Shown: positions 10,604 through 24,306, counted from the first letter of the stretch. The stretch is DNA of 64,000 nt from an uncultured bacterium (GCA_963732385.1 CAVSZB010000003.1:224001-288000); one strand, 5' to 3'. Made by a program: numbers and translations. The notes: generated by a model not told the origin, from the sequence alone.

Positions 10604-10702
10604 ACAGAGATTGCTACGGGAGCAAAAAGTGCGCGAAGGCGAAGAGAGGGAGCAACCGCACCTCCAGGTACGCAAAATTTTTGCACGCGTAGCAGTCCCT
10701 AT
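10604..10702. repeat. Dispersed hairpin repeat family, full 99-bp copy
   Basis: acagagattgctacgggagcaaaaagtgcgc - 32-nt spacer - cgcaaaatttttgcacgcgtagcagtccctat; same architecture at 22256-22353 and 45406-45502. Confidence 0.85.
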
Positions 10703-10809
10703 AAAGAAGGACTTCCGCACCTCCGATACTTCTTGTACCTCCCGAACTCCCCACGCCTTTCCGCATCCCCCGGACCCCCTGCTGGCCTCGCGACACGGCA
10801 TCGGTTAAC

Positions 10810-11724
10810 TTGAGCCATCCTATGCCTTACCTGCGTGCATGGCCATCCGCCCGAGCCTCCCTCTGCGCAGCCCTGCTGGCCGTCGCGGCCGTTTGTGCCG
10901 GTCCGCGTGCGATCGCCGCGGACGGCCCCTGGCGCGCGCTGGAGGTCGGTCTGGACTGGGCGGAACTGCCCGTGCCGCTCGCCTGCGTGGCCGGCGACGG
11001 GACGGTTCGCGTTCTGCGCATCGATCCCGGGCGCTTCGAACTGAAGCTGCTCATGGCGTCGGCGCCTGGGCAGGGTAAGGCTTTTACGCCGCGCGAATGG
11101 TGCCGGCACGGTCGACTCGTCGCCGCGATCAATGCCGGCATGTTCGCCGAGGACTACCTGACGGCGGTCTCTTTGCTGCGCTCGCGTCACCACGTCAACA
11201 ACCAGCGCCTGACCCGCCACATGGCGGTGCTGGCCTTCGATCGCCGCGACGTCGGCGTGCCGGCGGCGCAGATCATCGACCGCGAGCTGCAGGATGTGGC
11301 GGCGTTGTCATCGCGATACGGCAGCCTGGTGCAGAGCATCCGGATGGTGGCGCTCGACGGTCGAAACGTCTGGCATCCGCAGGCGCGTCGATGGAGCGCC
11401 GCCGCCGCCGGTATCGATACCCTGGGACGGGTCCTGCTGCTGCACGTGCGGTCGCCTTACCCGATGCACGATCTGGTGAACAAGCTGCTGGATCTGCCGC
11501 TGGGGCTGCGGAACCTGATGTACCTCGAGGGGGGGGCGCAGGCGCAACTCTACGTCGAGGCGGACGGTGAGGAGCACGAGCTGGCCGGTTGTTATGATCC
11601 GGAGGGACCGGCCGCCGGTCGCGAGGCGGGGCCGAGCCCCATTCCGAACGTGATCGGCGTGTCGCGTCTCGTGCCGTGGGCGCCCACCGACGCTCTGCAC
11701 GGCGATGGTCCGCGGGTTCCCTGA
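10810..11724 (+). CDS. Phosphodiester glycosidase (NAGPA-like) family secreted protein
   Basis: Signal peptide; VLRIDP, AAINAGMF, MYLEGG, PIPNVIGV. Confidence 0.75.
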   Translation: MSHPMPYLRAWPSARASLCAALLAVAAVCAGPRAIAADGPWRALEVGLDWAELPVPLACVAGDGTVRVLRIDPGRFELKLLMASAPGQGKAFTPREWCRHGRLVAAINAGMFAEDYLTAVSLLRSRHHVNNQRLTRHMAVLAFDRRDVGVPAAQIIDRELQDVAALSSRYGSLVQSIRMVALDGRNVWHPQARRWSAAAAGIDTLGRVLLLHVRSPYPMHDLVNKLLDLPLGLRNLMYLEGGAQAQLYVEADGEEHELAGCYDPEGPAAGREAGPSPIPNVIGVSRLVPWAPTDALHGDGPRVP

Positions 11725-11738
11725 CGGAAGGACACCTC

Positions 11739-12146
11739 ATGGACATCGGCGAAAGCGTGAGTCTCGTCCTCGCCTCGCAGGACAGCTTCGGCAATGCTTT
11801 CTATGCCGAGTTCTTCCGCCGCAGCCCCGAGGCGAGGGCCCACTTCGTGGGCCTCGACATGGAGCGGCAGGCCCTCTCCCTCACGATGGCGCTTCCTTTG
11901 ATCGAGCAACTGCACCGCCACGCCTACCCCGCCATCGAGAACTACCTGGGAATCCTCGGTCACCGCCACGGCCATCGTGGCATCCCCCCGGAGCTCTACC
12001 CGGTGTGGGGCGAGGCGATGCTCGCCTCGCTGGAGCGATTCCTTGGGGAGGCGTGGGACGCGGGGCTGGCGGGACAGTGGCGCGAGGCCATCGCCGGGGC
12101 CTCGCGCGTCATGCTGGAGGGATATGGGCGGCACGGGGGGATGTAG
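11739..12146 (+). CDS. Single-domain globin
   Basis: FYAEFFRRSPEARAHF, DMERQ, LGHRH, YPVWGEAML, W..A; RBS ggaagg. Confidence 0.85.
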   Translation: MDIGESVSLVLASQDSFGNAFYAEFFRRSPEARAHFVGLDMERQALSLTMALPLIEQLHRHAYPAIENYLGILGHRHGHRGIPPELYPVWGEAMLASLERFLGEAWDAGLAGQWREAIAGASRVMLEGYGRHGGM

Positions 12147-12263
12147 GCTCATGTTGCCGCAGGTGATCGGCGTCGCGCCGGCGAGCGCCCAGGCGTCGGG
12201 CACTGCGGGTGCTTGTTCAAACCGGGCGAACGCTTCTGGTGGTGGGGCTTCGAGTCAGTAGTT

Positions 12264-12294
12264 ACAGCGGTTGCTACGCGAGCAAAAAGTGCGC
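12264..12294 (+). repeat. Dispersed hairpin repeat family, arm A only
   Basis: acagcggttgctacgcgagcaaaaagtgcgc between convergent genes. Confidence 0.8.
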
Positions 12295-12326
12295 GTGTCT
12301 CCGACCAGCCGCCCCCCCCGCTCAGG

Positions 12327-13307
12327 TCATTTCAGATGCACGTTCAATCCCGGCAGCCATTTCGTGCCGCGTCGATTGTTCCCGGCGTAGTTGAGCAGTC
12401 CGATCTGCACGCCGTGCAGCTCACGCGTCCAGTTGAAAATGGCGATGGCGAGGCCGTCGCAACGCTCACCGGCACGCGCGTACCCCGCCATGCTCAGACC
12501 GGCGAAGCGGTCACATCTCAGATAGCCGCCGGTCACCGCCAGCCCCCGCCAGTCGGCCGCCTTGAGGCCCGCTCCGCCGATGCCCACGCCGGTGAAGCGC
12601 CTGCCGGCGCCGGCGGCCAGTCCGCCGATCGCGAGCCCGGTGAGATTGTCGCCGGCGCCGGCGGCGAGACCGCCGAGCAGCACGCCGGTGGCCGCATCTC
12701 CGGCGCCGGCGGCGAGACCGCCGGCAATCACGCCAGTGGCGCGATTCCCTGCACCCGCGGCCAGGCCGCCCAGCACGACGCCCGTGGCATCGTCTCCGGC
12801 GCCTGCCCCGAGGCCGCCCATGATGAGTCCCCTGGCGTTCGTTCCGGCGCCGGCGCCCAGCCCGCCCAGAATCACGCCCGTGGAATTGTCTCCGGCGCCG
12901 GCGCCCAGGCCGCCCACGATGATCCCTTTGGCGTTCGTTCCGGTACCCGCGCCCAGCCCCCCGATCAGGATGCCGCGCGCTCGCTGTGTTGCGCCGACCC
13001 CGACCAGATTGATCGACAGGCCGTCGATGCACTCCGCTCCGGTCCCGACCACCCCGAGCGAGAGGCCGCGCACCCGGCCCCGGGGGTCGTCGCGCGGGAT
13101 CCAGAACGTGGTGCTCAAGCCGGTGATGGTGCCGATGTCGCGGTCGCGCAGGTTGAAGCGCAGGCCGGTGAAATCGTGGGAGCTGCCGAAGCTCAGCCCC
13201 CAGCGGTGCGTTGGAAGGTCGAGGGAGCCGGCTCGTGACGTGGCGACCGGCGCCACCGCGAGGACGAGCGCGCACAAAGCCATAAGACGACGCGGCGAAA
13301 CCTGCAT
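12327..13307 (-). CDS. Secreted glycine-rich tandem-repeat (beta-solenoid-like) surface protein
   Basis: Signal peptide; ~8 repeats of 16 aa of the form GxxxGGL(G/A)AGAGxxxx; C-terminal GVQIGLLNYA. Confidence 0.75.
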   Translation of the reverse strand: MQVSPRRLMALCALVLAVAPVATSRAGSLDLPTHRWGLSFGSSHDFTGLRFNLRDRDIGTITGLSTTFWIPRDDPRGRVRGLSLGVVGTGAECIDGLSINLVGVGATQRARGILIGGLGAGTGTNAKGIIVGGLGAGAGDNSTGVILGGLGAGAGTNARGLIMGGLGAGAGDDATGVVLGGLAAGAGNRATGVIAGGLAAGAGDAATGVLLGGLAAGAGDNLTGLAIGGLAAGAGRRFTGVGIGGAGLKAADWRGLAVTGGYLRCDRFAGLSMAGYARAGERCDGLAIAIFNWTRELHGVQIGLLNYAGNNRRGTKWLPGLNVHLK

Positions 13308-13483
13308 GGCGCGACCCCCCTCTAAATGAGGATGCGAATCAGACGGCTAGACGGACGCGGGGCGAGGAAAGTTGCCTTCCCGCCGCCGATCCGTCCCATT
13401 CGCCCGAGTTGGCGGGCGATGTTCAATATTCCTATACTGATGCCAACTCCTCGCCCGGCTACCCCACGGCTGCTGTTCCGTGA

Positions 13484-15409
13484 TTGCCGAAAAGGAGTCA
13501 TGCCATGGTCAAGCATTGTGACCGAATGTCCTGGTCCCCCTTGGCTGCGTGTCTTCTCGCTGTCGTGTTCTCATCCGCCCTGCTGATCCCGCAGGCTGGC
13601 GCCGCGCGCCCCGCGAAAACGGCGCCCGTCGCGCCCGAAAAAATCCTCGTTACCGATGGCTCGTTCGTGCATGACATCGGTCGACTCGGCTGCAACATCA
13701 CGAACTGGGGCCTGATCGGCTCCCATCCGGACGTAGTCTCGGCGTTCTCTGACGCGCCGTCGTGCCAATGGCCGGCGCCTGGAGCCGCCGAGTACCTCTG
13801 GGGAGCCGGGCTGTGGGTCGGTGCCGTATCGCTCGGCGAGCATCTGGTCACCACCGGCGAGTTCCAGCACGAATTTGTCCCGACGGACAATCCGCTCGAC
13901 ACGCTCTACCGCAGCGCCATGGGCGCGTCTGGTGGCCACCGCTACCCCGAGCCGCTGCCTGATGACGACGCCGACGGGCTGGAGGATGAGGATCCGCTCA
14001 ACGGTCTCGACGACGACGGCGACGGCCTGATCGACGAGGACTTCGCCGCCATCAGCCAGCAATATTTCCGCTGCCGGTACGCGGACCCCTTGTCCACCAC
14101 CTACCTGGGGCACGTGCCTCTCGGCCTCGAGGTCACCCAGCAGACCTGCCAGTGGTCCGATCCGCTCATCGGCGACGCGTTCGCCTTCGACTTCACGATC
14201 CGCAACGCCGGCTCCCACGTGCTCGAAAACGTGTACGCCGGCTTCTTCGCCGACTGCGACATCGGCCTGCGCACCGGAATCGCCATCGCGGCGGACGACC
14301 TGGCCGGCTGGTTCCAGGGGTCCGTTTGCGCGAGTGATGACACCTGGGTCCCGCTCTCGGTCGGCTACATGTACGACAAGGACGGCGACAGCGGCACGGC
14401 GCCCGGATACATCGGCTTCGTCCTCCTGGACCACACGACAGATGCCTCGGGAGCGAGCGCGCCGGTGGCGGCGGGGATTGCGAGCTTCCAGATCATGGAA
14501 GGGCAGACCGCCTTCGATCTGGGCGGCGATCCGACCAACGATGCCGAGCGCTATGCGCTGATGTCAGCCGATGACATCGATCCGAACGTACCCGTCGACA
14601 AGCAAAGCGACTACCGCGTCCTGATCTCCTCCGGCCCGTTCGTCGCCCTGGCGCCGGGCGAAGAGATCTTCTATCGCCTCGCGGTCGTCGTGGGCGCCGG
14701 CCTGGACGGCATGCTGGCGAACGCGGCGGAAGTGGTTCGCCTCTACCAGGGCGCCACCTTCAATCGTGACGGCGATCCGGCCACCGGCGTGGACGGCTGC
14801 GAGTACCTCGTGCACTGGCTGCGTCCCGCGGACGTTCCGGTGCCGGCGTACTGCGGCCTGCTCGCCGCCACGCATGCCACCGGCGGCGTGCGGATCGACT
14901 GGGAGTCGAACCTGGCCGAGGCCTCCGAGCTGGCGGTCGTGCGGCGTGTCGGCGCGCTCGAGCGGCGTTTCGAGGGCACGGCCCTCGGCGACGGGCTCGC
15001 CGGAGGCCTCGGCTGGCGGGGCGGCTTCGTCGACAGGGAGGCGGGCGGCTGGCCGCGCGTTTACAACCTGCTCCTGCGGGCGGCACCAGCGGCTTCGCCG
15101 TTGGCCACGGTCGTGTTGGACGGCCCCCCCGCCGCGACCCTGCGGCTCGACGCCTGGCCCAACCCCGCCAACCCGCGCGTGACCGTGTCGTTCGGCCTGC
15201 CCGCGGCTGGCCTGGCGACCCTCACGGTGCACGACGCGCGCGGCCGGCGCGTGCGCACCCTGCTGGCGGCAGAACGGATCCCAGGCACGGACCAGATCGT
15301 CTGGGACGGCGCCGACGATGCCGGTCTTCCGGTCCCGAGCGGCATCTACCAGCTGCGGCTCGATGCGGCCGGTCGCGTGGCGAAGCGGTCGGTGACGTTG
15401 GTCAGGTGA
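13484..15409 (+). CDS. Secreted protein with acidic Ca-binding-like repeats and a C-terminal FlgD-Ig-like domain
   Basis: Signal peptide; DDDADGLEDED..DDDGDGLIDED; PNPANP...GRRVRTL...WDGADDAG..VPSGIY. Confidence 0.8.
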   Translation: MPKRSHAMVKHCDRMSWSPLAACLLAVVFSSALLIPQAGAARPAKTAPVAPEKILVTDGSFVHDIGRLGCNITNWGLIGSHPDVVSAFSDAPSCQWPAPGAAEYLWGAGLWVGAVSLGEHLVTTGEFQHEFVPTDNPLDTLYRSAMGASGGHRYPEPLPDDDADGLEDEDPLNGLDDDGDGLIDEDFAAISQQYFRCRYADPLSTTYLGHVPLGLEVTQQTCQWSDPLIGDAFAFDFTIRNAGSHVLENVYAGFFADCDIGLRTGIAIAADDLAGWFQGSVCASDDTWVPLSVGYMYDKDGDSGTAPGYIGFVLLDHTTDASGASAPVAAGIASFQIMEGQTAFDLGGDPTNDAERYALMSADDIDPNVPVDKQSDYRVLISSGPFVALAPGEEIFYRLAVVVGAGLDGMLANAAEVVRLYQGATFNRDGDPATGVDGCEYLVHWLRPADVPVPAYCGLLAATHATGGVRIDWESNLAEASELAVVRRVGALERRFEGTALGDGLAGGLGWRGGFVDREAGGWPRVYNLLLRAAPAASPLATVVLDGPPAATLRLDAWPNPANPRVTVSFGLPAAGLATLTVHDARGRRVRTLLAAERIPGTDQIVWDGADDAGLPVPSGIYQLRLDAAGRVAKRSVTLVR

Positions 15410-15550
15410 CGACGGACGGCGGGGTTTCCTGAACCTACGGCAACAACGTCGGCATCGAGGTGCTTGGCCAGGCGGGGTACTAACGGTTCCCGTGGACGGC
15501 CTCGTTGACGCATCGAGCCAAAAGTTGTCCTTTCAGACGCTCCGGCCTGA

Positions 15551-15610
15551 AAACTCGTTGCACGCGTAGCAACCGCTGTCAGGAAGGACCGCCAACCGCC
15601 TCATGCAGGC
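15551..15610 (+). repeat. Dispersed repeat family, arm B with 3' extension
   Basis: 58/60 identical to 22097-22156 (aaactcgttgcacgcgtagcaaccgctgt..ggaaggaccgccaaccgcctcatgcaggc). Confidence 0.9.
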
Positions 15611-15745
15611 AGGGTCGTGCCGTCGCCCCCCAGCCGCCGAACAGCACACCCGCGCACCCGGCCCCCAAAATCGTCGCGCGGGATCCGCAACAATTGCCCG
15701 CGCACGGCGTATAGCAGCGTCGGCAATTTTCCAGGGGAGGCTGTC

Positions 15746-17278
15746 ATGGCATTGCTCACCCGACGTGATTTTCTCAGGAACGCCGCGGTGGCGGCGGCGG
15801 GGACCGCGATGCTTCCCGCCCTCTCGAAGAGCTGGTTCGCTCTGGCCGCGGCCGAGGCGCCCGGCTACTTCGAACGCGAGTTCGGCATCTCCGACGCGCT
15901 CAGTCACAAGGTTCTGGCGGAGGCGCTGTCGAAGGGCGGGGACTTCGCCGATCTCTTCTTCGAGCACACCATCCAGAACTGGCTCGTCCTGGAGGACGGC
16001 CAGGTGAACCGGGCCTACTGCCAGGTCTCCCTCGGCGTCGGCATCAGGACGGTCACGGGGGACCAGGTCGGCTACGGCTTCACCCAGCAGCTGGCGGAGA
16101 AGCCGATGCTGATGGCTGCGGCCACCGCCGCCACGATCGCCGCCGGCGGTCGGGCTTCGGCGGCCAAGACGTTCGACAATCTCAAGACCGGCGACGTCTA
16201 TCCGCTCGATCACCTCCTGAGCTCGGTGCCTCTCGAAACCAAGCTGCCGCTCGTGCAGTCGCTGGGCGACCAGTGCTTCGCCCGCTCCCCGCTGGTGAAC
16301 AAGGTCGTCGTCCAGTTCCACGACGAGCAGAAACGCATCATGGTCGTGACGAGCGACGGCGCCAGGGCCGAGGATCTGCAGCCGCGCACCTATCTCTCGG
16401 CGACCGTGCTGGCCGAGAAGGATGGCAAACGCGAGCGGTCCAACTGGCACCAGGGCGGCCGGCGAGGCTTCGATTTCTACACGCCCGGGCTCGTCGACGG
16501 GATCGCCGAGGCGGCCGTGAACCGTGTTCTGGTCCTCTTCGATGCCGTGCGGCCGCCGGCCGGCGAGATGCCGGTCGTTTTGGGTCCCGGCATCACCGGC
16601 ATCCTGCTGCACGAAGCCATCGGGCACGGCATGGAGGCCGACTTCAACCGCAAGAAGACCTCCACCTATGCGACGATGCTGGGCCGCAAGGTCGCCGAAC
16701 CGGCGGTCACGATCATCGACGACGGCACCATCCCGAACCTCATGGGCTCGCTCAATTTCGACGACGAAGGCACGCCGGCGCAGCGCACGGTGCTCGTGGA
16801 CCGGGGGATGTTGACCAGCTACATGCACGATCGCATCTCCGCCACGCACTACGGAGTGCCGCCGACCGGCAACGGCCGGCGCGAGAGCTATCAGCACTAT
16901 GTGCAGCCGCGCATGCGCAACACCTACATGCTGCCGGGCGAGGCGACGCCGGACGAGGTCATTCGCCAGGCCGGCTCCGGCATCTACGTGCAGGACGTCA
17001 GCAACGGGCAGGTGAAGATCGGCGAAGGCGACTTCGCGTTCTACGTCTCGCAGGGCCGGCTGATCGAGAACGGCCGTCTGGGCGCCCCGATCAAGGATAT
17101 CAACATCATGGGCAACGGGCCCAAGATGCTGGCGAACATCGTCGCGGTGGCGGGCGACATGGAGATGGCGCGGAACGGCTCGGGCGGCTGCGGCAAGGGC
17201 GGCCAGTCTGTCCCGGTCGGATTCGGTCAGCCAACCGTTTTGGTTCAATCGCTGACCGTCGGCGGCTCGAAGTCCTGA
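15746..17278 (+). CDS. tldD: TldD metalloprotease with a twin-arginine signal peptide
   Basis: HEAIGHGMEAD, GNGRRESY, PRMRNTY, CGKGGQSVPVG; N-terminal TRRDFLR; RBS ggagg. Confidence 0.92.
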   Translation: MALLTRRDFLRNAAVAAAGTAMLPALSKSWFALAAAEAPGYFEREFGISDALSHKVLAEALSKGGDFADLFFEHTIQNWLVLEDGQVNRAYCQVSLGVGIRTVTGDQVGYGFTQQLAEKPMLMAAATAATIAAGGRASAAKTFDNLKTGDVYPLDHLLSSVPLETKLPLVQSLGDQCFARSPLVNKVVVQFHDEQKRIMVVTSDGARAEDLQPRTYLSATVLAEKDGKRERSNWHQGGRRGFDFYTPGLVDGIAEAAVNRVLVLFDAVRPPAGEMPVVLGPGITGILLHEAIGHGMEADFNRKKTSTYATMLGRKVAEPAVTIIDDGTIPNLMGSLNFDDEGTPAQRTVLVDRGMLTSYMHDRISATHYGVPPTGNGRRESYQHYVQPRMRNTYMLPGEATPDEVIRQAGSGIYVQDVSNGQVKIGEGDFAFYVSQGRLIENGRLGAPIKDINIMGNGPKMLANIVAVAGDMEMARNGSGGCGKGGQSVPVGFGQPTVLVQSLTVGGSKS

Positions 17279-17294
17279 GGCAAGGAGTGGCGTC

Positions 17295-18617
17295 ATGAAC
17301 AAGGAAATGCTCGATCTGGCTTCCCTGGCCATAGACACCGCCAAGCGCGCCGGCGCCAATGCCTGCAGGGCGGCCATCAGCAGCCAGCGCAACGTGGAGG
17401 TCAGCTACCGCGAGCGCAAGCCGGAGACGATCAAGGAAGCCTCCACGCGCGACCTGCAGATCACCATCTTCGTCGATGGGCGCTATTCCGTCCAGGGCAC
17501 GTCGGACCTGCGTCCGCAGGCCCTGTCGCGCTTCATCGCCGATGCCGTGGCGATGACCCGGTTGTTGGCCGAGGATCCGAACCGCTCTCTTCCCGATCCC
17601 AAATACTACGCCGGGCTCGTCGAGCGCGATCTCGGCCTTTGCGATCCGGCCTACGCCCGGATGGAGCCCGCCCACCGCCATGACATGGCGCGGGCGATCG
17701 AGGCCGCCTCCCTGGCGAAGGGGGGTGCGAAACTCGTCTCCGTCACGTCCCAGTTCCAGGACGGCCGCGGCGAGGACCTGCTGCTGGCCAGCAACGGCTT
17801 CCAGGGCTTCAGCGAGTCCACCTACTATGTCGCCGGCGCGATGGTGACGGCGCAGGACGAGGGCGATCGCCGGCCGGCGGGCGCCAACTTCGCGGTGTGT
17901 GTCAACCGCGGCGATCTTCCCCGTCCGGAGGCGATCGGCGCCGAGGCGGTGTCGCGCACCCTGGCCATGTTCGGCGGGCGCAAGATCGCGACCGCGACCC
18001 TGCCCATCATCGTCGAGAACCGGGTCGCCCCCCGCCTCCTGGGCGGTCTGCTCGGCGCCATGAGCGGCCGGGCCGTGCAGCAGAAACAGTCGTTCCTGGC
18101 CGACAAAAAAGGCCAGAAGATCGGCGGCGACAGCCTCACCCTGGTGGACGATCCGTTCCTCGAGCGGGGCCTTGGCAGTCGCCTCCACGACGGCGACGGG
18201 ATCACCGCCGTACGCCGCGCGATGATCGAGGCTGGCGTGCTGCGGGAGTTCTACGTCGACTGGTACTACAGCCGCAAGCTCGACTGTGAGCCGACGACCG
18301 GCAGATCGTCCAATCTGATCATCCCGCCGGGCCGCCGTTCGGTGCCCGAGATCATGAAGGACCTCGGCCGCGGGATCTTCATCACGGAGTTCATCGGAGG
18401 CAACAACAACACGACCACGGGCGACGCCTCGGTGGGTATCGCCGGGCAGTTGTTCGAAAACGGCGCGCCCGTGCACGCGGTCGCCGAGATGAACATCGCC
18501 GGCAACGCCCTCGATTTCTGGTCGAAGCTGATCGAAGTGGCCAACGACCCCTACATGTACTCGTCCCAGCGCCTGCCGAGCCTGGTGTTCCGGGACGTCG
18601 TCGTGTCGGGCGCCTGA
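17295..18617 (+). CDS. pmbA: TldE/PmbA partner subunit
   Basis: Directly follows tldD; SFLADKKGQKIG, LTLVDDP, DGDG, TGDASVG, EMNIAGN. Confidence 0.88.
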   Translation: MNKEMLDLASLAIDTAKRAGANACRAAISSQRNVEVSYRERKPETIKEASTRDLQITIFVDGRYSVQGTSDLRPQALSRFIADAVAMTRLLAEDPNRSLPDPKYYAGLVERDLGLCDPAYARMEPAHRHDMARAIEAASLAKGGAKLVSVTSQFQDGRGEDLLLASNGFQGFSESTYYVAGAMVTAQDEGDRRPAGANFAVCVNRGDLPRPEAIGAEAVSRTLAMFGGRKIATATLPIIVENRVAPRLLGGLLGAMSGRAVQQKQSFLADKKGQKIGGDSLTLVDDPFLERGLGSRLHDGDGITAVRRAMIEAGVLREFYVDWYYSRKLDCEPTTGRSSNLIIPPGRRSVPEIMKDLGRGIFITEFIGGNNNTTTGDASVGIAGQLFENGAPVHAVAEMNIAGNALDFWSKLIEVANDPYMYSSQRLPSLVFRDVVVSGA

Positions 18618-18636
18618 GCGCCCCCGACCCGCGGTG

Positions 18637-18686
18637 CGACGCGCGCCGACCCGCCATGCCCGGCATGGGGGTCGGCGCGTCGTTTT
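18637..18686 (+). terminator. Intrinsic terminator-like hairpin after tldDE
   Basis: cgacgcg..ccgaccc.ccatgcc / ggcatgg gggtcgg cgcgtcg followed by tttt. Confidence 0.6.
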
Positions 18687-18864
18687 CCGGGCGCCGGACG
18701 CGCCTGAAACGACAGAAATATGCGCCGGCCATCGACTTGGCTGTCAGACGGCGATTCTCCGCGATTTCCCTCAACCAAGGCCAGGCGCGGGCGATAACCC
18801 ATAATCGGAGGAGCGTCCCCGCCCATCCTGATCGCGGCGTTCAAAATCATGGAGGCCCGGGCCC

Positions 18865-21987
<3,123 letters not shown>

Positions 21988-22096
21988 GCCGCCGGGCTGC
22001 TATCCAACGGTAGGTTGGCGGCCGGATGACTATTGCGGCCGCAAAGTGTCCGCGCTGATCGCACGGTTCCCGTAGACGATCTCTCCTCCCGCCCGC

Positions 22097-22156
22097 AAAC
22101 TCGTTGCACGCGTAGCAACCGCTGTGCGGAAGGACCGCCAACCGCCTCATGCAGGC
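22097..22156 (+). repeat. Dispersed repeat family, arm B with 3' extension
   Basis: Near-identical to 15551-15610; both also share an upstream acggttcccgtRgacg (15483, 22063). Confidence 0.9.
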
Positions 22157-22255
22157 GTGGCCGCCGCCACCCCACATCGGCGCGCCATCGCCGTGTAGAC
22201 GTTACCCCAGGGTCGGGTCGGCACAGCATCGATGGTGGTCTGTGCAGACCCCTGA

Positions 22256-22353
22256 ACAGCCACTGCTACGGCTGCAAAAAGTGCGCAGCCCGCGATCGGC
22301 AGCCCGATCACCTCCGCGTCCCGCAAACTCGTTGCCGCAGTAGCAATGGCGGT
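22256..22353. repeat. Dispersed hairpin repeat family, full 98-bp copy
   Basis: acagccactgctacggctgcaaaaagtgcgcag - 31 nt - cccgcaaactcgttgccgcagtagcaatggcggt. Confidence 0.85.
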
Positions 22354-22378
22354 TCGGAAGCGCAGCCGCCCGCCCGCC

Positions 22379-23882
22379 TCAGCCCCCTGCGTGCCCCGTC
22401 TCCCGCCGCCGCAGGCTCACCGCCAGCCCGCCACCGCCGAGCGCCAGCATGATGCACGCCTGCACCACGGTCTTGTACGCCACCGGCTGTCCCCGCAGCC
22501 CCAGCGCCATGAACCAGACGCCCAGCCCGATGATCAGCAGGTAGACGATCGTCATCACGACCCGCGCCAGCGCGTTGGTGCGCGGCGTGTCGGCCGCGAA
22601 GATGCGGTTGTAGATGATCATGCCGCCCGAGGCCACGACACCGAGCCCCGCGAAGATCAGCCAGAATGTGCGCAGGTTGCCGGCGATGATCGCCTGGCCC
22701 GCCTGCGGCACCAGCGGCTTGAGCATCGACGCGTACATCGCCCCGCCCACGCTCGAGCCGACGAGGCTGCCGATGACGCCGTACAGGAACGCGTAGCCCA
22801 TGTAGACCGCCTTGCGGTCGGCCGGGGCCACCAGCCCGATGTAGCTGTAGTACTTCGGGTGGGCGGTCATCTCGCCGATCGAGAAGACCGCGATGCCGAG
22901 GATGAACCCCCAGACGCTCGACGTCAGCGCGAGGACCAGGAAGCCGGCCGCGCCGATCGTGATCCCGGCCACCATCGTCGGCAGCGGCTTGATGTCGCGC
23001 ACGATGCGGCTGACGAGGATCTGCAGCAGGATGATCGTGCCGGCGTTGATCACGGTGACGTGCTCCGCGTCGAACTTCAGCGGGATGCCCAGGCCGGCGA
23101 AGAAGCGGTCCACCGGCGACGGCGTCGATGAAGTCGCGCAGATACCACAGCACCGACCCGAAATTCTGGAAGTAGAGGATCCAGAAGCAGGAGTAGACGA
23201 GGATCATCAGCATGAAGCGGGCGTCGCCCAGCACCATCGCCGCCCCGCCGAGCACCTCGCGCAGCGTCTTGGTGCTGGCCGGACGCGGCGGATCGCGATA
23301 GAAGAACAACGTCGGGATGAACATCAAAGCGCAGTAGAGCGACGACGCCGTGAACACATATGACCACGAGAACCCCTTCAGCACGCTGACCGCCAGCGGT
23401 GCCAAAAACGCCCCAAGGTTGATCATCCAATAGTAGATGCCGAACCCGATCCCCGAGTTCTTCTCGTTCGTGGACCGCGCGATCGTCCCCGAGATGATCG
23501 GCTTGAACAGCCCCGACCCCGCCGCCATCACCGCCAGACTCGCGAACACGAACCCGTACGCGCTGACGTGACCCGCCGCGAAGTAGCCGGCCGCCAGCAG
23601 CGAGAACGCCACCAGCAGCATCCGCCGGTACCCGTAGCGGTCGGCCAGCGCCCCGCCGAGGATCGGCACGACATAGGTGAGCGCGTACACGATGCTCTGC
23701 AGGAACCCCACCGACTGTTCGGTGAACCCGAGCCCCCCCTTCGCCACCTCATTGCTCAGGTAGACCGCCAGCACGGAGTTCATCCCGTAGTAGGCGGCCC
23801 GCTCGAACAACTCCATGACGTTGGCGGTCCAGAACACGCGCGGGAAGGAGCGCAACAGGCCGGTCGGCTTGGCGTCGGTCAT
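22379..23882 (-). CDS. MFS transporter (POT/peptide-transporter-like); apparent frameshift near 23120
   Basis: ELFERAAYYG, GGALADRYGYRR, GSGLFKP, FGIYYWMINLG; the C-terminal half is in ORF 22379-23113 (FSIGEMTAHPK). Confidence 0.85.
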
Positions 23883-24197
23883 GCGAAATCCTGCCTTGCG
23901 GTTGAGGGCACGGAAGGGGCCGGGGGCGAAGGGGGATTGTAGGGCAGGGGGCGGTCCGGTGCCAGCGGCGACGTTCCGGCGGGGCGAAGGCGCATTCGAC
24001 CGTTACCTGCGCGCGCTGCGGCTGCGGCAGGAGTTCGATCAGCGCCGGCCATCCGCCAGCGGCGGCCGTCAAACACCTGGAGTGGCGCGCCGTCTCGATC
24101 AGCCCGCTGCAACTTCTGAAATTGAAGACTCCCCGTCGGCGAGTCTTCAGAAGGCGGGGCCTGGGGGGCAGCGGCCAAGGAGGGTGACTCCGGGACT

Positions 24198-24300
24198 GAA
24201 AAATGTCGGCACCATAAGCACATATGCCGACATTTTCTATTGACAATCCGCCTGTTCGCCTGTAAAGTGTCGGCATAAGTGAGATGTATGCCGACATTTT
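24198..24300 (+). promoter_or_regulatory. abiE promoter with two inverted-repeat operators
   Basis: TTGACA (24240) - 17 nt - TAAAGT (24263); IR1 aaaatgtcggca..tgccgacatttt; IR2 aaagtgtcggcata..tatgccgacatttt. Confidence 0.85.
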
Positions 24301-24306
24301 TTTGAG

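Noticed and set aside
10611..10634. Recurrent CYxxKKCA/CYACNEFA peptides in intergenic ORFs
   Set aside because: A translation by-product of the DNA repeat family, with no consistent start, RBS or ORF length
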